DNA of 64,000 nt, taken from contig CAZVNX010000007.1 of the NCBI GenBank assembly GCA_964628665.1, positions 13,073-77,072 on the forward strand, read 5' to 3'. Below are positions 60,425 through 64,000 of this stretch, one piece after another. Position 1 is the first letter of the stretch. The number at the start of each line of letters is the position of its first letter. This DNA comes from an uncultured Pseudomonadales bacterium (lineage in GTDB: Bacteria > Pseudomonadota > Gammaproteobacteria > Pseudomonadales > Litorivicinaceae). The notes beneath the pieces are model-generated. The model worked only from the letters and a program-made list of their open reading frames with translations. It was not told the DNA's origin and ran no database searches. A program made the translations under genes and the position numbers.

Positions 60425-60691
60425 GTGGCAAATAGTCCCCAGGCGCGTAAGCGCGCGAAGCAGGCGGATGTCCGTCGTAACCACAATGCAAGCCTGCGTT
60501 CACGGGCTCGTACGTATGTCAAAAAGACCCTGGCTGCCATTGCATCCGGTGACCATCAGAACGCAATGTCTGCGCTCCGTGAGGCCACCCCGATCTTGGA
60601 CAGCATGGTGAACAAAGGTCTGTACAAGAAAAACAAGTGCGCTCGGATTAAGAGCCGCTTGAACGATCGCGTCAAAGCCATCGCATCTTGA
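60425..60691 (+). CDS. rpsT: 30S ribosomal protein S20
   Basis: (V)ANSPQARKRAKQADVRRNHNASLRS. GTG start with AGGGAG upstream. Confidence 0.95.
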   Translation: MANSPQARKRAKQADVRRNHNASLRSRARTYVKKTLAAIASGDHQNAMSALREATPILDSMVNKGLYKKNKCARIKSRLNDRVKAIAS

Positions 60692-60707
60692 GTTCAGTGG
60701 CGCTGGT

Positions 60708-63033
<2,326 letters not shown>

Positions 63034-63040
63034 TTATCCA

Positions 63041-63071
63041 AAACGCAAAAGCCCCGCGCAAGCGGGGCTTT
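63041..63071 (-). terminator. Rho-independent terminator/attenuator after rpmA
   Basis: Minus strand reads AAAGCCCCGC-UUGC-GCGGGGCUUUUGCGUUUUGG. Confidence 0.85.
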
Positions 63072-63091
63072 AACGACAGTTCGTTGGTCCG

Positions 63092-63352
63092 TTACGCGGA
63101 GGCAACGACGCTGACAAAGCGGCGCTTGTGCGGTCCTTTGACTTCAAACTTCACTTCACCATCCGCCTTCGCGAACAGGGTGTAGTCTGTGCCACATCCG
63201 ACATTATCACCTGGATGGAACTGAGTTCCACGCTGACGTACCAGAATATTGCCAGCGATCACTTGTTGACCGCCGAACTTCTTCACGCCAAGGCGTTTAC
63301 TCTCTGAATCGCGGCCGTTACGGGTACTACCACCAGCTTTCTTGTGAGCCAT
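63092..63352 (-). CDS. rpmA: 50S ribosomal protein L27
   Basis: [24 protein letters not shown]. Confidence 0.97.
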   Translation of the reverse strand: MAHKKAGGSTRNGRDSESKRLGVKKFGGQQVIAGNILVRQRGTQFHPGDNVGCGTDYTLFAKADGEVKFEVKGPHKRRFVSVVASA

Positions 63353-63368
63353 TGTTCAGTCTCCTGCC

Positions 63369-63680
63369 TTAACCGTTAATCGCTGTAATCTTGATTTCAG
63401 TAAACCACTGACGGTGGCCCTGACGCTTCATGTGGTGCTTACGACGCTTGAATTTCACAATCGTCACCTTGTCACCACGTCCGTGCTGCACAACTTCCGC
63501 AGAGACTTTCGCGCCGTCTACGACCGGTGTGCCAACCTTGATGCTCTCGCCTTCGCCGACCATCAGTACACGATCGAAATCAATGGTCGAGCCAGTCTCT
63601 GCTTCGATTTTTTCAACCTTCAGCAGCTCGCCCTCAACCACGCGATGCTGTTTGCCGCCTGTTTCAATGACCGCGTACAT
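63369..63680 (-). CDS. rplU: 50S ribosomal protein L21
   Basis: [24 protein letters not shown]. Confidence 0.97.
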   Translation of the reverse strand: MYAVIETGGKQHRVVEGELLKVEKIEAETGSTIDFDRVLMVGEGESIKVGTPVVDGAKVSAEVVQHGRGDKVTIVKFKRRKHHMKRQGHRQWFTEIKITAING

Positions 63681-63732
63681 GTCCTAACTCCGTTTTCAAA
63701 TCTCGGTGGCGGTGCCACCCGAAAGGCGCGTA

Positions 63733-63761
63733 ATAATAGGGAGTTCCAAAACAGAAGACAA
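63733..63761 (-). promoter_or_regulatory. Putative sigma70 promoter of rplU-rpmA
   Basis: Minus strand reads TTGTCT (63761-63756), 17 nt, TATTAT (63738-63733), then a GC-rich discriminator TACGCGCC. Confidence 0.45.
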
Positions 63762-63829
63762 GCCCTAATTCACCTTTTTCTCTTCGCAAAGCACGCTAGA
63801 ATAACCGCACCAACAATTTGAGAAAACCC

Positions 63830-64000
63830 ATGCCAACAGCAGACCAACTGATTGAACTGATCAGACCCGATTTTGAGTCCTTGAATCAACTGCTCATCTC
63901 ACAACTGGGGTCGGACATCGATCTTATTGAAGAGGTGAGCCAGTACCTGATCCAGTCGGGTGGAAAGCGGGTCCGCCCACTGGTCACACTGATGGCAGCT
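63830..64000 (+). CDS. ispB: Octaprenyl diphosphate synthase, 3' end cut by the window edge
   Basis: My own translation from ATG 63830: MPTADQLIELIRPDFESLNQLLISQLGSDIDLIEEVSQYLIQSGGKRVRPLVTLMAA. It is divergent from rplU, as in many gammaproteobacteria. Confidence 0.85.
   Translation, partial: MPTADQLIELIRPDFESLNQLLISQLGSDIDLIEEVSQYLIQSGGKRVRPLVTLMAA

Overview
This 64-kb window is a densely coding (roughly 95%) stretch of a gammaproteobacterial chromosome, and almost all of it is core housekeeping. From memory, the right half (clpB-pgeF-rluD-bamD ... ispH-fkpB-lspA-ileS-ribF-murJ-rpsT-proB-obg-rpmA-rplU-ispB) follows the Pseudomonas aeruginosa gene order closely. I found no rRNA, CRISPR array, transposase, integrase, phage gene or recognisable defence system, and only one RNA gene, an initiator tRNA-fMet.

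Content from left to right:
- M16 peptidase (5' partial), SulP/STAS transporter, sbcB and minCDE.
- tRNA-fMet.
- An operon of a coiled-coil membrane protein, an orphan ParA-like ATPase and DUF446/YqcC.
- sodB.
- A Zur-box-controlled zrgABCD-like zinc importer with zur.
- groESL, fxsA, an SDR, ampG and a PduO-type adenosyltransferase.
- pdhR-aceEF.
- An accessory-looking cluster: 2-hydroxyacid dehydrogenase, TRAP transporter, amidase, micro-membrane protein, LldD-like dehydrogenase and AEC transporter.
- ampD, FabY-type ketosynthase, rimI, a long HolD-like ORF and leuA.
- DUF1330, pssA, ilvIHC, clpB, pgeF, rluD, bamD, nadE and a ThiO-like oxidase.
- A miniature minor-pilin cluster.
- The ispH...ispB block (ispB is 3' partial).

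I see no convincing evidence of a wholly new multi-gene system. The best leads are:
1. The coiled-coil/ParA-like/DUF446 operon next to minCDE.
2. An 11-bp GntR-type palindrome (TGGTCWGACCA) present twice in the pdhR promoter and once in front of the TRAP-amidase cluster, suggesting that cluster belongs to a pyruvate/lactate-responsive regulon.
3. A compact, PilY1-less minor-pilin set with partly degenerate prepilin signals, sitting where Pseudomonas carries fimTU-pilVWXY1Y2E.

All family assignments come from motif and sequence recognition by eye. No database search was run. Coordinates include stop codons. Several starts were trimmed from the longest-ORF track on the basis of Shine-Dalgarno (SD) sequences, neighbouring genes and N-terminal homology.
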